Below, in pieces: positions 36,942-44,954 of a stretch of 64,000 nucleotides of DNA. The position numbers and the translations under genes are program-made. Positions within the stretch are counted from its first letter, which is position 1. The number at the start of each line of letters is the position of its first letter. This stretch comes from Minisyncoccota bacterium (GTDB lineage Bacteria > Patescibacteriota > Minisyncoccia > Phycocordibacterales > Phycocordibacteraceae). Under the pieces are notes generated by a model that had not been told where the DNA came from, made no database searches, and saw only the letters and a list, made by a program, of their open reading frames with translations. The stretch is taken from the NCBI GenBank assembly GCA_017991635.1, contig JAGOQE010000001.1:131965-195964 (forward strand), read 5' to 3'.

Positions 36942-37501
36942 AGCACGAACTTACCAATCTACTTCCACGAGAACGAACGCGCGCCTTTAGACAGGTGTAC
37001 TTCATGCGTCTCCTCACTCTTGCTGCCGTTCTTGCCACGGTATTGGTCGTCGTTCACGGATTACTGCTCATGCCTACCTATCTCCTTCTTTCGGCAGAGG
37101 CATCCGAGGCCAAGAAGACACTTGATACGCTCACGCAATCACAAGCTCAAAACGGACCCAAGGATGAGGCAGGACAAAAACTTGAAGCGCTTAATTCAGA
37201 CGCGCTACGACTACAAGAAGTGGGTGGCTACATAAGTGCGACTGAGACTATTTCTTCAGTCCTAGAGACTTTGCGTACCGGGATCGCTATTACTCGATTC
37301 ACCTATGCTCCTCCAAGTGCGAGTGGGGAAGGGAGACTTTCGCTAACTGGAAGAGCAGAGTCCCGGACAGCGCTTGATTCATTTGTTAAAGAATTAAGAA
37401 AAAATACACGGTTTAGTGTTATTGATTTGCCGATAAGTGCATATGCAAAGGAGACAAATCTCGAGTTCACCATTTCTATCTCAGGAGACTTTACGCCATG
37501 A
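36938..37501 (+). CDS. pilN: Type IV pilus assembly protein PilN-like
   Basis: NLLPRERTRAFRQVYFMRLLTLAAVLATVLVVVHG: conserved PilN N-terminus + single TM. ATGA overlap with pilM. Confidence 0.7.
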   Translation: MKHELTNLLPRERTRAFRQVYFMRLLTLAAVLATVLVVVHGLLLMPTYLLLSAEASEAKKTLDTLTQSQAQNGPKDEAGQKLEALNSDALRLQEVGGYISATETISSVLETLRTGIAITRFTYAPPSASGEGRLSLTGRAESRTALDSFVKELRKNTRFSVIDLPISAYAKETNLEFTISISGDFTP

Positions 37502-38025
37502 ACAAGAACAGCATTCCATTACTTACGGCACTCGTCATACTCATACTCACACTCGTGTTGTATGTGGCGTGGCTCTATAGCGTAAGTCAGGTAAGTGCAT
37601 CAATACGAATGACGCAAGAAGAGATCGCAACAGCGCGTCAGGAATCTCTGCAGAATACAAAAACAAAGGAAGCGCTTCTTGCCCTCAGTTCAAATGCAGA
37701 GGTCATTAGAGGTTTCTTTGTGGAGAAAGAAAGCCTTGTTTCATTTCTCGAGACATTAAGCAAAACAGGAACAGCGCTAGGTTCCACCCTTGAAATCATG
37801 TCAGTGTCTGACTCTAAAGACGCGCAAGGCAATCCACGAATTCTGGTCGCTCTCAAAATTCAAGGTTCCTTTGACACTGTTGTGCGAACCGTGGGGGCGC
37901 TTGAGCAAGGACCTTACGATAGTAAGGTGGAAAACCTTCACCTAGAAGCAAGACAGCTTGATACTGTTGGTGCGCCTTGGACAGCTTCAGTTACATTGTC
38001 AGTAGGAGCACATGCTACCGAATAA
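37498..38025 (+). CDS. pilO: Type IV pilus assembly protein PilO-like
   Basis: Single N-terminal TM, coiled-coil, then periplasmic domain. Operon position after pilN. Confidence 0.55.
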   Translation: MNKNSIPLLTALVILILTLVLYVAWLYSVSQVSASIRMTQEEIATARQESLQNTKTKEALLALSSNAEVIRGFFVEKESLVSFLETLSKTGTALGSTLEIMSVSDSKDAQGNPRILVALKIQGSFDTVVRTVGALEQGPYDSKVENLHLEARQLDTVGAPWTASVTLSVGAHATE

Positions 38026-38335
38026 TCGTATGAAACTTCCAACACTCAATATTGCAGGAATACAAAGTCACTTCTCGTACGGTAAACGAGTGATGCCCGT
38101 GCGCGACTGGTTTGTGTTGATTGGTCTTGTCTGTGTCCTGCTTGTCGTGAGCGCACTGTGGAATGGATTCATTTTTTACAAAACAGCACAAGGAGAGCCG
38201 CTCACGCTTTCAACCACTCCTGTTGAAAAGGTGGATGTGCACGAAACTGCACCAGTGACCTCTATTATTGAGAAGAGAGAGCAGAAGCGACGCATATACG
38301 AAGCTGGACCTCTCTTCGTTGACCCGGGCATATAA
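38012..38335 (+). CDS. Small single-TM protein, possible PilP-like pilus assembly component
   Basis: TM VLIGLVCVLLVVSALW. Operon position after pilMNO. No motif verification possible. Confidence 0.35.
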   Translation: MLPNNRMKLPTLNIAGIQSHFSYGKRVMPVRDWFVLIGLVCVLLVVSALWNGFIFYKTAQGEPLTLSTTPVEKVDVHETAPVTSIIEKREQKRRIYEAGPLFVDPGI

Positions 38336-38361
38336 GACGCGCTAGTGTAAGGGAATCCAAA

Positions 38362-38433
38362 GCCCCCATAGCTTAATGGATAAAGCAGGAGACTTCTAAG
38401 CTCTTGATCTTGGTTCGATTCCAGGTGGGGGCA
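38362..38433 (+). tRNA. tRNA-Arg (anticodon TCT)
   Basis: Hand fold: acceptor GCCCCCA/TGGGGGC, D-arm GCTTAATGGATAAAGC, anticodon loop CTTCTAA, T-arm CTTGGTTCGATTCCAGG. Confidence 0.7.
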
Positions 38434-38690
38434 CAGCGTGAACGAAGTGAATAGCGTGCTCCCACAGAACTGTGCCTTCGCACAGTTCGTCTGGAATCGA
38501 AAGCCGGAACATGTCTGAGTCCTCGAGGACAGTGAGGCGGGGTCGCGTACCTTGGTCTTCTGCGAATACTTGGAGCAGAATACCTAGCGATACGTGACCG
38601 ATGCGAGAGCGCGACCACAATTTCTTGAGCGCAGCGATTAGAAATTTGAAGTACCCTTGTGGTGAAGCGAACTTCCAGGTGGGGGCACAA
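38434..38690 (+). repeat. tRNA-linked structured repeat, copy B (downstream of tRNA-Arg-TCT), flanked by 17 nt direct repeat of the tRNA 3' end
   Basis: CTTC-loop hairpin 38464-38492, then core GGAATCGAAAGCCGGAACATGTCTGAGTCCTCGAGGACAGTGAGGCGGGGTCGCGTACCTTGGTCTTCTGCGAATACTTGGAGCAGAATACCTAGCGATACGTGACCGATGCG (38493-38605). TTCCAGGTGGGGGCACA occurs at 38419-38435 (in tRNA) and 38673-38689. Confidence 0.75.
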
Positions 38691-38725
38691 ATACAAAAAG
38701 AGCGCCTTGGCGCTCTTTTTGTGTA
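38691..38725. terminator. Bidirectional intrinsic terminator between repeat copy B and tRNA-Val
   Basis: AAAAAGAGCGCCTTGGCGCTCTTTTT perfect palindrome with A/T runs on both sides. Confidence 0.7.
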
Positions 38726-38801
38726 TGTGGTGGGCGATAGAGGACTCGAACCTCTGACCATCCCGGTGTAAACGGGGTGCTCTACCAACTGAGCTAATCG
38801 C
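38726..38801 (-). tRNA. tRNA-Val (anticodon TAC), CCA encoded
   Basis: Hand fold: acceptor GGGCGAT/ATCGCCC, D-arm GCTCAGTTGGTAGAGC, anticodon loop TTTACAC, T-arm AGAGGTTCGAGTCCTCT, 3' ACCA. Confidence 0.7.
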
Positions 38802-38857
38802 CCTACAGGTGATACCTTAGCGCATTTCATATTTTTTTCCAAGCAACCTGAAGGGCT

Positions 38858-39154
38858 GTGATAGTGTTTACAGATTATATGGAACGGCTTGAGGCAATTG
38901 TGTATGGAAGGGTACAGATGGTGATGTATAGAGATTTTGCTACCAGAAAGGCAAAAGGTCTTTCTTTGGTTGGAGAAGTAAGGAATCTACCTGACGGTAC
39001 GGTACATGTCATTGCTGAAGGGTCACGAGAGGTTCTCAACGAATATGTGGGGAAGTTGAAGAAGGGCTCACTACTCTCAGAAGTAGAGCGAGTTGAACCT
39101 GTGTTTACACCGGCTACCCATACCTACTCCTCATTTTCAATCACGTATGCCTAA
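38858..39154 (+). CDS. Acylphosphatase
   Basis: VYGRVQMVMYRDFATRKAKGLSLVGEVRNLPDGTVHVIAEG: acylphosphatase signatures (V.G.VQGV.FR; G.V.N..DG.V). Probable start at internal ATG 38879. Confidence 0.7.
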   Translation: MIVFTDYMERLEAIVYGRVQMVMYRDFATRKAKGLSLVGEVRNLPDGTVHVIAEGSREVLNEYVGKLKKGSLLSEVERVEPVFTPATHTYSSFSITYA

Positions 39155-39818
39155 AGCAATAGGCATCATTATGGATGGGAATAGGCGGTGGGCACGAAGT
39201 CGCAACCTGCCACTTCTTGAAGGGCACAGACAGGGTGCTGAGAAACTTAAAGACGTTGCGCGTTGGTCGCGTGACGCAGGGGTACAAGAGCTCACCGTCT
39301 ATGCATTCTCTACAGAGAACTGGAAGAGAAGTGAGGAAGAGGTTTCGTACCTTATGAAGCTTCTCGGACAGATGCTGTCTAAGGATTTACAAGAACTGCA
39401 CAAAGAACACATACAGCTTCGTTTTGTTGGTGAGAGAGACCGGTTTCAACCGACGCTCATTGAGAAGATGAATGAACTTGAACGAGTAGTTCCTCTTGAA
39501 ACAAAACTCACACTCGTCATCGCACTTTCATATGGAGGAAGAGCAGAACTTACCTCAGCGGTAAACACGCTCATAGAGCGTGGGGTGGAGAATGTTTCGG
39601 AAGAAGATATTAATCGTGCGCTGTGGACCAATGGCCTCATGGATCCTGACATGGTTATTCGTACTGGAGGAGAGAAGCGACTATCAAACTTCTTGCCGTG
39701 GCAGAGCGTGTACAGCGAACTATTCTTTAGTGAAACCATGTGGCCTGAATTTTCGTTTGAAGAATTTCTTTCTTGTATAGAGGCGTTTCGTTCACGCGAA
39801 CGAAGACGGGGTGCATAG
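39147..39818 (+). CDS. uppS: Undecaprenyl diphosphate synthase (cis-prenyltransferase)
   Basis: MPKAIGIIMDGNRRWARSRNLPLLEGHRQGAEKL..., ...YAFSTENWKR..., ...RTGGEKRLSNFLPWQSVYSELFF. ORF-track start 39093 is an extension. Confidence 0.9.
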   Translation: MPKAIGIIMDGNRRWARSRNLPLLEGHRQGAEKLKDVARWSRDAGVQELTVYAFSTENWKRSEEEVSYLMKLLGQMLSKDLQELHKEHIQLRFVGERDRFQPTLIEKMNELERVVPLETKLTLVIALSYGGRAELTSAVNTLIERGVENVSEEDINRALWTNGLMDPDMVIRTGGEKRLSNFLPWQSVYSELFFSETMWPEFSFEEFLSCIEAFRSRERRRGA

Positions 39819-39844
39819 CTCTTATGGGGATTTTAGGCTAAGGT

Positions 39845-40594
39845 GTGCTTATGAAACTCTCCATACTCTACGAAGACAATGATATTGTCGCCGTGTTCAA
39901 GCCTGCCGGCATACTCACGCACCCTGATGGTGTCTTAGAAGAAGAGACCGTCAGTGACTGGTTTGCTAAGACGTATCCAAATTCTAAGAACGTCGGAGAG
40001 GAGCAGGTACTCAAAGACGGGACCAGTATTCTTCGCTCTGGCATTATGCATCGCTTGGATAGAGATACGAGTGGCGTTCTTGTCCTTGCCAAAACACCCG
40101 AAGCTCACGCCTTTCTTAAAAAGGCATTTCAAGAGCATGAGGTGCAGAAGACGTACATTGCTCTTACATATGGTGTTCCACCAAAGAAGGAAGGTGTTAT
40201 AGATTTTCCTATTGGAAGAAGTCGAAAAGATTTCAGACTTCGTTCGGCACAGCCAAAGGCAAAAGGACTTTTGCGTCCTGCCATCACGAAATACAAAGTA
40301 CTTGGCGTATTTGGAGAATATGGGCTTATTGAACTTCAACCAAAGACTGGAAGAACACATCAAATCCGAGTACACCTTAAGGCAGTCCACCATCCTATCG
40401 TGTGTGACCCCTACTATGCACCAAGTTATAAGCCAGGGCTCGGCATGGAGCGTCTCGCTCTTCATGCCTTCCAAATTACTATTCCACTCCCTCAAGGTGG
40501 GACGACAACCATAATCTCTCCACTTCCTGAAGATATGAGGACAGCGGTTGCTCATTTTCCCGAAGGAGCGTATCTTCTCGAAGGAACAACATAA
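39845..40594 (+). CDS. RluA-family 23S rRNA/tRNA pseudouridine synthase
   Basis: Catalytic motif HRLDRDTSGVLVLAKT, 249 aa, no N-terminal S4 domain. Confidence 0.8.
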   Translation: MLMKLSILYEDNDIVAVFKPAGILTHPDGVLEEETVSDWFAKTYPNSKNVGEEQVLKDGTSILRSGIMHRLDRDTSGVLVLAKTPEAHAFLKKAFQEHEVQKTYIALTYGVPPKKEGVIDFPIGRSRKDFRLRSAQPKAKGLLRPAITKYKVLGVFGEYGLIELQPKTGRTHQIRVHLKAVHHPIVCDPYYAPSYKPGLGMERLALHAFQITIPLPQGGTTTIISPLPEDMRTAVAHFPEGAYLLEGTT

Positions 40595-40608
40595 AACAGG
40601 AGGTCGCC

Positions 40609-41187
40609 GTGAAGGGTAATCTAATACTCGCCCGCGTCTCGCATACATGGAATTTCGGGGAAGATTCGTATCCTGCCCTTGAAACGCTTCAAGATGAGCA
40701 GGCGTTAGTCTTCTCGCTCACCCATATACTCAAACATCAATCAAAAGGTGCTTCGTGGTGTACTGCGGTGCGCAAGGGGCGCATTCTGCCGCAACTCACC
40801 GAAATTCGTGAACGACTGTTGAAGATGATGGTGAACGCTCTTCGTTTCCACACTCTCATTCAAGGGGGTGAGGAGAAGGTGAACGCCGTCTTTGACTGGT
40901 GGGGCTGTGCTCTTCCGTCTGTGTGTGATGCAGAAACGCTGAGTAAAATTAGGTTTGGTGCGGGCTTCAAGGCCGCACTCTCTAGTTTTGTGGAGACAAC
41001 GCTCTACGCCAACGGACTATTGGAAAAGCCTGATCATGGAGCTCCGCTCCCGTACTCGGCACTACGTGAAGCATCAGAAGAGCTCCTTACAGAAACTGCA
41101 CACATGCTCCATATGTTCGGTGTTACCCGAAAAGCCTTTGAAGACTGGCTTTCAAGTCCGGGAACGCTTGTCCGACTCGCTCACTAA
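40609..41187 (+). CDS. Hypothetical protein (GTG start)
   Basis: 192 aa, no recognisable motif. Slightly higher GC than neighbours. Confidence 0.35.
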   Translation: MKGNLILARVSHTWNFGEDSYPALETLQDEQALVFSLTHILKHQSKGASWCTAVRKGRILPQLTEIRERLLKMMVNALRFHTLIQGGEEKVNAVFDWWGCALPSVCDAETLSKIRFGAGFKAALSSFVETTLYANGLLEKPDHGAPLPYSALREASEELLTETAHMLHMFGVTRKAFEDWLSSPGTLVRLAH

Positions 41188-41278
41188 GTGAGGCGGGGAC
41201 TCAAATAGCGGTATCGCGCCTCAGGCACGGTACCGCTATTTTGCTTTTACCAAGCTGTCATGGTAGAGTTTCGCCACT

Positions 41279-41797
41279 ATGCAGAACGTTATTACTCCGG
41301 TTAAAACCGAAGAGCGCACCAAGCTTGGGATTCGCCCAGGTGATACGGTTCGCGTACACCAGAAGATTGTAGAAAAGGGAAAGACCCGAATCCAGATGTT
41401 TGAAGGATTGGTTATCGCTACCAAGCACGGAAGCGAGCCGGGTGCTTCATTTACTGTACGTGCAACACTCTCAGGCGTGGGTGTAGAGAAGATTTTCCCC
41501 CTTTTCGCTCCTTTTATCGATAAGATTGAAATCGTACGTCGCTCTAAGGTTCGTCGTGCCAAGCTCTACTTCATCCGTGAGAAGGTTGCTCGTGAGGTAC
41601 GTCGCCAGCTTCGCAATATGCGCATGGTAAACCTTTCAACAGAAGACTTTAAGGAAGAGGAAGCTCCTGAAGTTGTTGCTGAGGAAACTACAGAGGGAGT
41701 AACGGAAACAGCACCAGAAGTAGCAGAAGCTTCTGAGAGCACCGAAGAGGAGACAACAGAAGCTGAATCAGAAGAGGACAAGAAGGAGACGGCCTAA
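41279..41797 (+). CDS. rplS: 50S ribosomal protein L19 with ~55 aa acidic C-terminal extension
   Basis: [39 protein letters not shown]... L19 core to about residue 117, then [47 protein letters not shown]. Confidence 0.85.
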   Translation: MQNVITPVKTEERTKLGIRPGDTVRVHQKIVEKGKTRIQMFEGLVIATKHGSEPGASFTVRATLSGVGVEKIFPLFAPFIDKIEIVRRSKVRRAKLYFIREKVAREVRRQLRNMRMVNLSTEDFKEEEAPEVVAEETTEGVTETAPEVAEASESTEEETTEAESEEDKKETA

Positions 41798-41849
41798 GCC
41801 GTCTTTTTCATTTGTCTAAATGGAAGAGAGTCGGTATAGTAGCCATCAC

Positions 41850-41931
41850 AGGCCCAGGTGGTGAAATTGGTATACACGCATCCTTGAGGTGGATGTCCTT
41901 TCGGGGGTGGAGGTTCAAGTCCTCTCCTGGG
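41850..41931 (+). tRNA. tRNA-Leu (anticodon GAG), long variable arm
   Basis: Hand fold: acceptor GCCCAGG/CCTGGGC, anticodon stem-loop CATCCTTGAGGTGGATG, variable arm CCTTTCGGGGGTGG, T-arm GAGGTTCAAGTCCTC. Confidence 0.7.
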
Positions 41932-42167
41932 CACAAAGACGAAGGAGTCCTATGCGTAAGCATGGGACTCCTGTCGTTTTGTAGCTCAGGAGAGGACTTG
42001 GATGACGGAGGTCGCGAAGCCGCGCGAAGCGCGTGACCGAGTCGGGGTCGCGTCACTTATGAGTCTGTCAGCAGACGAATTAGTGAAACGTGACCAAAAG
42101 TGTAATCACGTGTCCTCTCCTGGGCACATATGAAAGAACGCCTTCGGGCGTTTTTTCATATGTGCCC
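41932..42167 (+). repeat. tRNA-linked repeat, degenerate copy D (downstream of tRNA-Leu) ending in direct repeat of tRNA 3' end and a 55 nt perfect palindrome/terminator
   Basis: Hairpin 41936-41975. Segment 42030-42106 similar to the 3' part of copy A (TCGGGGTCGCG..CACTT...TAGTGAA.CGTGACC...GTGTAATCACG). GTCCTCTCCTGGGCACA repeated at 41917-41933 and 42107-42123. Palindrome TCCTGGGCACATATGAAAGAACGCC-TTCG-GGCGTTTTTTCATATGTGCCCAGGA 42113-42167. Confidence 0.6.
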
Positions 42168-42268
42168 AGGAATCAATGTGTCGGTACACATTGCGTGAGG
42201 GTTTGAATGACGGAAGTTACAAGGCAGCGCAGTAAGTTGGCAGTGACAGAAATTTGTTATGCTAAATA

Positions 42269-42760
42269 ATGCGTATGAAGTACAACAAGGGTTTTACACT
42301 AGTGGAACTACTTATCGTAATTGCGATTATCGGTATCTTGTCGAGTGTTGTACTGTCGAGCCTAAATACAGCGAGGCTAAAAGCTAGAGACGCAAGGAGA
42401 GTCGCTGACTTTAAGAGTGTCAGTTTGGCCATGGAGCTTTATAAGGATTCATTTGGAGCTTATCCTGGAAGTAATGCGTTGTATCCAGATTCAAAAGCTC
42501 AATTTGACCAAATGGCCCAGCAACTTGTTACGGCTGGTTTTCTGAGTAGTGTACCGAAGGATCCAGTCGATAATTCAACATACAAGTATCAATTTTATTA
42601 CTATGGCCCCGGTGGGGCTCCCGGTGCCATCATTGTTTCCTATCTTGAGTCGGTAAGCGCAACAACAGTTGGACCTCTAAACTCTTGTAGACCCTTTACC
42701 ACTAACTGGTGTAGCTACACACAGCCAAGTAGTGCCTATTGTTTATGTCATCCGTATTGA
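42269..42760 (+). CDS. Type IV pilin (prepilin-type N-terminal cleavage/methylation domain)
   Basis: KGFTLVELLIVIAIIGILSSVVLSSL: class III signal peptide with G|FTLVE and conserved Glu+5. C-terminal Cys pair (CSYTQPSSAYCLC). Confidence 0.85.
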   Translation: MRMKYNKGFTLVELLIVIAIIGILSSVVLSSLNTARLKARDARRVADFKSVSLAMELYKDSFGAYPGSNALYPDSKAQFDQMAQQLVTAGFLSSVPKDPVDNSTYKYQFYYYGPGGAPGAIIVSYLESVSATTVGPLNSCRPFTTNWCSYTQPSSAYCLCHPY

Positions 42761-42841
42761 GTAAGTGCAGTGTGTAGTTTCGGGCATTATACAGAGCACT
42801 CGTGTTGATGTGATTCTATGCCTTATTGATATACTCGTCTC

Positions 42842-43252
42842 ATGGAGCTCGTAATTGACTACTCAAACATACTAATTGCCACCGTAGGTATGGCTCTTGT
42901 TGGACTCTTGTGGCGATTCGGTCTTTTTGGAAAGGAGTGGATGAAAGAAACAGGATATTCTTTGAGCGTGCTTAAGGAGCATAAGGTTGAGGTAGTACGT
43001 ACACTTTTATTTCATGTACTCCTCATCTTCATTATGGCCCTCGTTATTGCACTTCTTATTGGGCTTACGCATCCTCAAGGACTGTCAGGGGTCTTCGTGC
43101 TCGTGCTCATGATTGTGGGTGGGTTTGTTATCCTTCCACAGCTCGAGCGAGTGTTGTTTGAGAAGCGTTCATGGAAGAACTGCATAATCTCTCTTGGTGA
43201 ATACGCTCTCATGATTATTACAGGCGCATATGTCATAACGTACTTAGGATAG
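42842..43252 (+). CDS. Hypothetical small polytopic membrane protein
   Basis: Four hydrophobic helices in 136 aa. Confidence 0.4.
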   Translation: MELVIDYSNILIATVGMALVGLLWRFGLFGKEWMKETGYSLSVLKEHKVEVVRTLLFHVLLIFIMALVIALLIGLTHPQGLSGVFVLVLMIVGGFVILPQLERVLFEKRSWKNCIISLGEYALMIITGAYVITYLG

Positions 43253-43254
43253 CT

Positions 43255-43824
43255 ATGTTGTATACCGGAAAGGGGGATGGAGGAACCACAAAAACATTTG
43301 GACCAAATCAAGAACGAATTTCAAAGGCGTCAGAGCTTCCTGAGGCGCTTGGAACTCTGGACGAATTGAATTCATTTATAGGACTTTCAAAAGTGTGGGC
43401 GAGGAGTGTGCAGGATACTGGAGTACTTGTTGGTAAGAAACGCTACGCAACGTCGGCTATTTTGAGAGACATTCAAGAAAATTTGTTCATTGTGCAGGCT
43501 GAAGTTGCTGGGGCTCCAAAAAAGATAGGGAAGCGCAAGGTTACTCAGGCAGAGACAATTATTAATACTATTGAGTCAGAGCTTCCTCCTATTACTTCTT
43601 TCTCAATTGCAGGCGGAACGGAATTGTCAGCCGTACTTGATGTTGCGCGTACGCTTTCTCGTAGGGCGGAAAGAAGAGTAGTTGGCGTGCATGAACAAGG
43701 GCTGCGAAAAATATCTCCATTCACGCTTGCCTATCTCAACCGACTCTCCTCGCTTTTGTTTGCCCTTGCTCGTCTTACGAATAAGCAATCAGGGGTCCTA
43801 GAAGAGGCACCAACCTACCGCTAG
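43255..43824 (+). CDS. ATP:cob(I)alamin adenosyltransferase, PduO/MMAB type
   Basis: MLYTGKGDGGTTKTFGPNQERISKASELPEALGTLDELNSFIGL: diagnostic PduO-type N-terminus (KGDxGxT motif), 189 aa. Confidence 0.8.
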   Translation: MLYTGKGDGGTTKTFGPNQERISKASELPEALGTLDELNSFIGLSKVWARSVQDTGVLVGKKRYATSAILRDIQENLFIVQAEVAGAPKKIGKRKVTQAETIINTIESELPPITSFSIAGGTELSAVLDVARTLSRRAERRVVGVHEQGLRKISPFTLAYLNRLSSLLFALARLTNKQSGVLEEAPTYR

Positions 43825-43847
43825 AGCCGTTCGCGTGGTATAAGAAC

Positions 43848-43920
43848 TAAACCACATGGCGGCTATGGTGTAACGGTTAACACTACAGGTTGTGGCTCTG
43901 TCGATCCGGGTTCGATTCCC
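43848..43920 (+). tRNA. tRNA-His (anticodon GTG) with G-1
   Basis: Hand fold: G-1 paired to discriminator C, acceptor GCGGCTA/TAGTCGC, anticodon stem-loop ACAGGTTGTGGCTCTGT, T-arm ATCCGGGTTCGATTCCCGG. Confidence 0.7.
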
Positions 43921-44127
43921 GGTAGTCGCCCAAAAAGCACAAGACTAACGTGTATACGTTAGTCTTGTTGCGTTTGCAGGCTACCAGGAATCGAAAGCCG
44001 GAACATGTCTGAGTCTTCGAAGATAGTGAGGCGGGGTCGCGTATCTTAGTATTCTGCGAATACTTGAAGCAGAATACTTAGCAATACGTGACCGATGCGC
44101 GAAGCTTCCCGGTAGTCGCCCCAAAAG
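43921..44127 (+). repeat. tRNA-linked structured repeat, copy C (downstream of tRNA-His), flanked by ~21 nt direct repeat of tRNA 3' end
   Basis: Hairpin/terminator 43928-43962, then core 43987-44099 (GGAATCGAAAGCCGGAACATGTCTGAGTCTTCGAAGATAGTGAGGCGGGGTCGCGTATCTTAGTATTCTGCGAATACTTGAAGCAGAATACTTAGCAATACGTGACCGATGCG), about 90% identical to copy B. TTCCCGGTAGTCGCC at 43908-43922 and 44106-44120. Confidence 0.75.
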
Positions 44128-44182
44128 TAGCTTGTTTATGAATGCTACAATAAAAACTTAGAACAGCTCCTAGGAGGTCCTT

Positions 44183-44434
44183 ATGGACAGCTTCGCCTCG
44201 CTTGGTCTTACGATACGCGCTGCAAAGGGCAGTACGCCCGAAGAGAAACGAATTGAAGTTCGCTTCACCGAAGGCGACTCATTCATCGCTTGGTTTCAGA
44301 AGACCTCGCGCAAGAGTAACGGTGAAGATATCACCAGTATCTCTACACAGTTCGTGCGTCGTAGAGAACTCACAAAAGCTCAAATTGGTGCGATTGAGGC
44401 ATGGCTTCTCGAGCGTACTCGTGAACACATATAA
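44183..44434 (+). CDS. Hypothetical small protein
   Basis: 83 aa ORF with ordinary composition, immediately after repeat copy C and before mscL in a different frame from the spurious 44202 ORF. No motif recognised. Confidence 0.3.
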   Translation: MDSFASLGLTIRAAKGSTPEEKRIEVRFTEGDSFIAWFQKTSRKSNGEDITSISTQFVRRRELTKAQIGAIEAWLLERTREHI

Positions 44435-44513
44435 GGTGAGAGGCGATCCTTCGGGGTCGTCTCATCATTTCTCCAGAGTTGTCCTCTCACTTCCTCTATT
44501 GCATACTTCTCCT

Positions 44514-44951
44514 ATGAAATCCTTTTTTGAAGAATTTAAGAAGTTTGCCCTTCGCGGAAATGCTATTGATTTGGCAGTGGGTGTGGTGATTGGAGCTGCG
44601 TTTAATAGCGTCACTAACTCACTCGTCACTAACATTCTCACTCCACCTATTGGACTTATGATGGGTGGTATTGATTTTGCGAGCCTGTCGATTGTACTCA
44701 TGGATAACGCAGTACTCCACTACGGCCTCTTCCTTCAGGCGCTGGTGAACTTCATCATTACAGCGTTCGCGCTCTTCCTCCTCGTTCGTTTCATCAATAA
44801 ACTTGTTCGCCTTGCTCGTGAAGACGCTCAGAAGGAAGGACAGCCTGTTGAAAACAAAACTCCCGAGCTTATGGTGCTTGAAGAAATTCGGGACTCGCTT
44901 CGTGGCGTTGAAGCTAAACCTGCTCCAGTTAGTGAGACTATTTCTGCCTAA
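44514..44951 (+). CDS. mscL: Large-conductance mechanosensitive channel MscL
   Basis: MKSFFEEFKKFALRGNAIDLAVGVVIGAAFNSVTNSLVTNILTPPIG...: conserved MscL TM1 and following region. 145 aa. 5' part of ORF 44202 is a spurious extension. Confidence 0.85.
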   Translation: MKSFFEEFKKFALRGNAIDLAVGVVIGAAFNSVTNSLVTNILTPPIGLMMGGIDFASLSIVLMDNAVLHYGLFLQALVNFIITAFALFLLVRFINKLVRLAREDAQKEGQPVENKTPELMVLEEIRDSLRGVEAKPAPVSETISA

Positions 44952-44954
44952 CGT

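Noticed and set aside
38373-38842. Minus-strand ORFs 38373-38696 (107 aa) and 38396-38842 (148 aa).
   Set aside because: They run through tRNA-Arg, the tRNA-linked repeat, a terminator and tRNA-Val. They are Arg/Cys-rich and implausible as proteins.
33947-44127. Considered whether the tRNA-linked repeats are a CRISPR array.
   Set aside because: Copies are 4-6 kb apart, 115+ nt long, in both orientations and always abut tRNA genes. There are no short regularly spaced direct repeats or spacers, and no cas genes are in the window.
44202-44513. First 104 codons of the 249 aa ORF 44202-44951.
   Set aside because: Arg/Ser/Val-rich with no features. MscL homology begins exactly at the internal ATG 44514. 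The upstream region is better explained by a separate 83 aa ORF (44183-44434) in another frame plus a hairpin.
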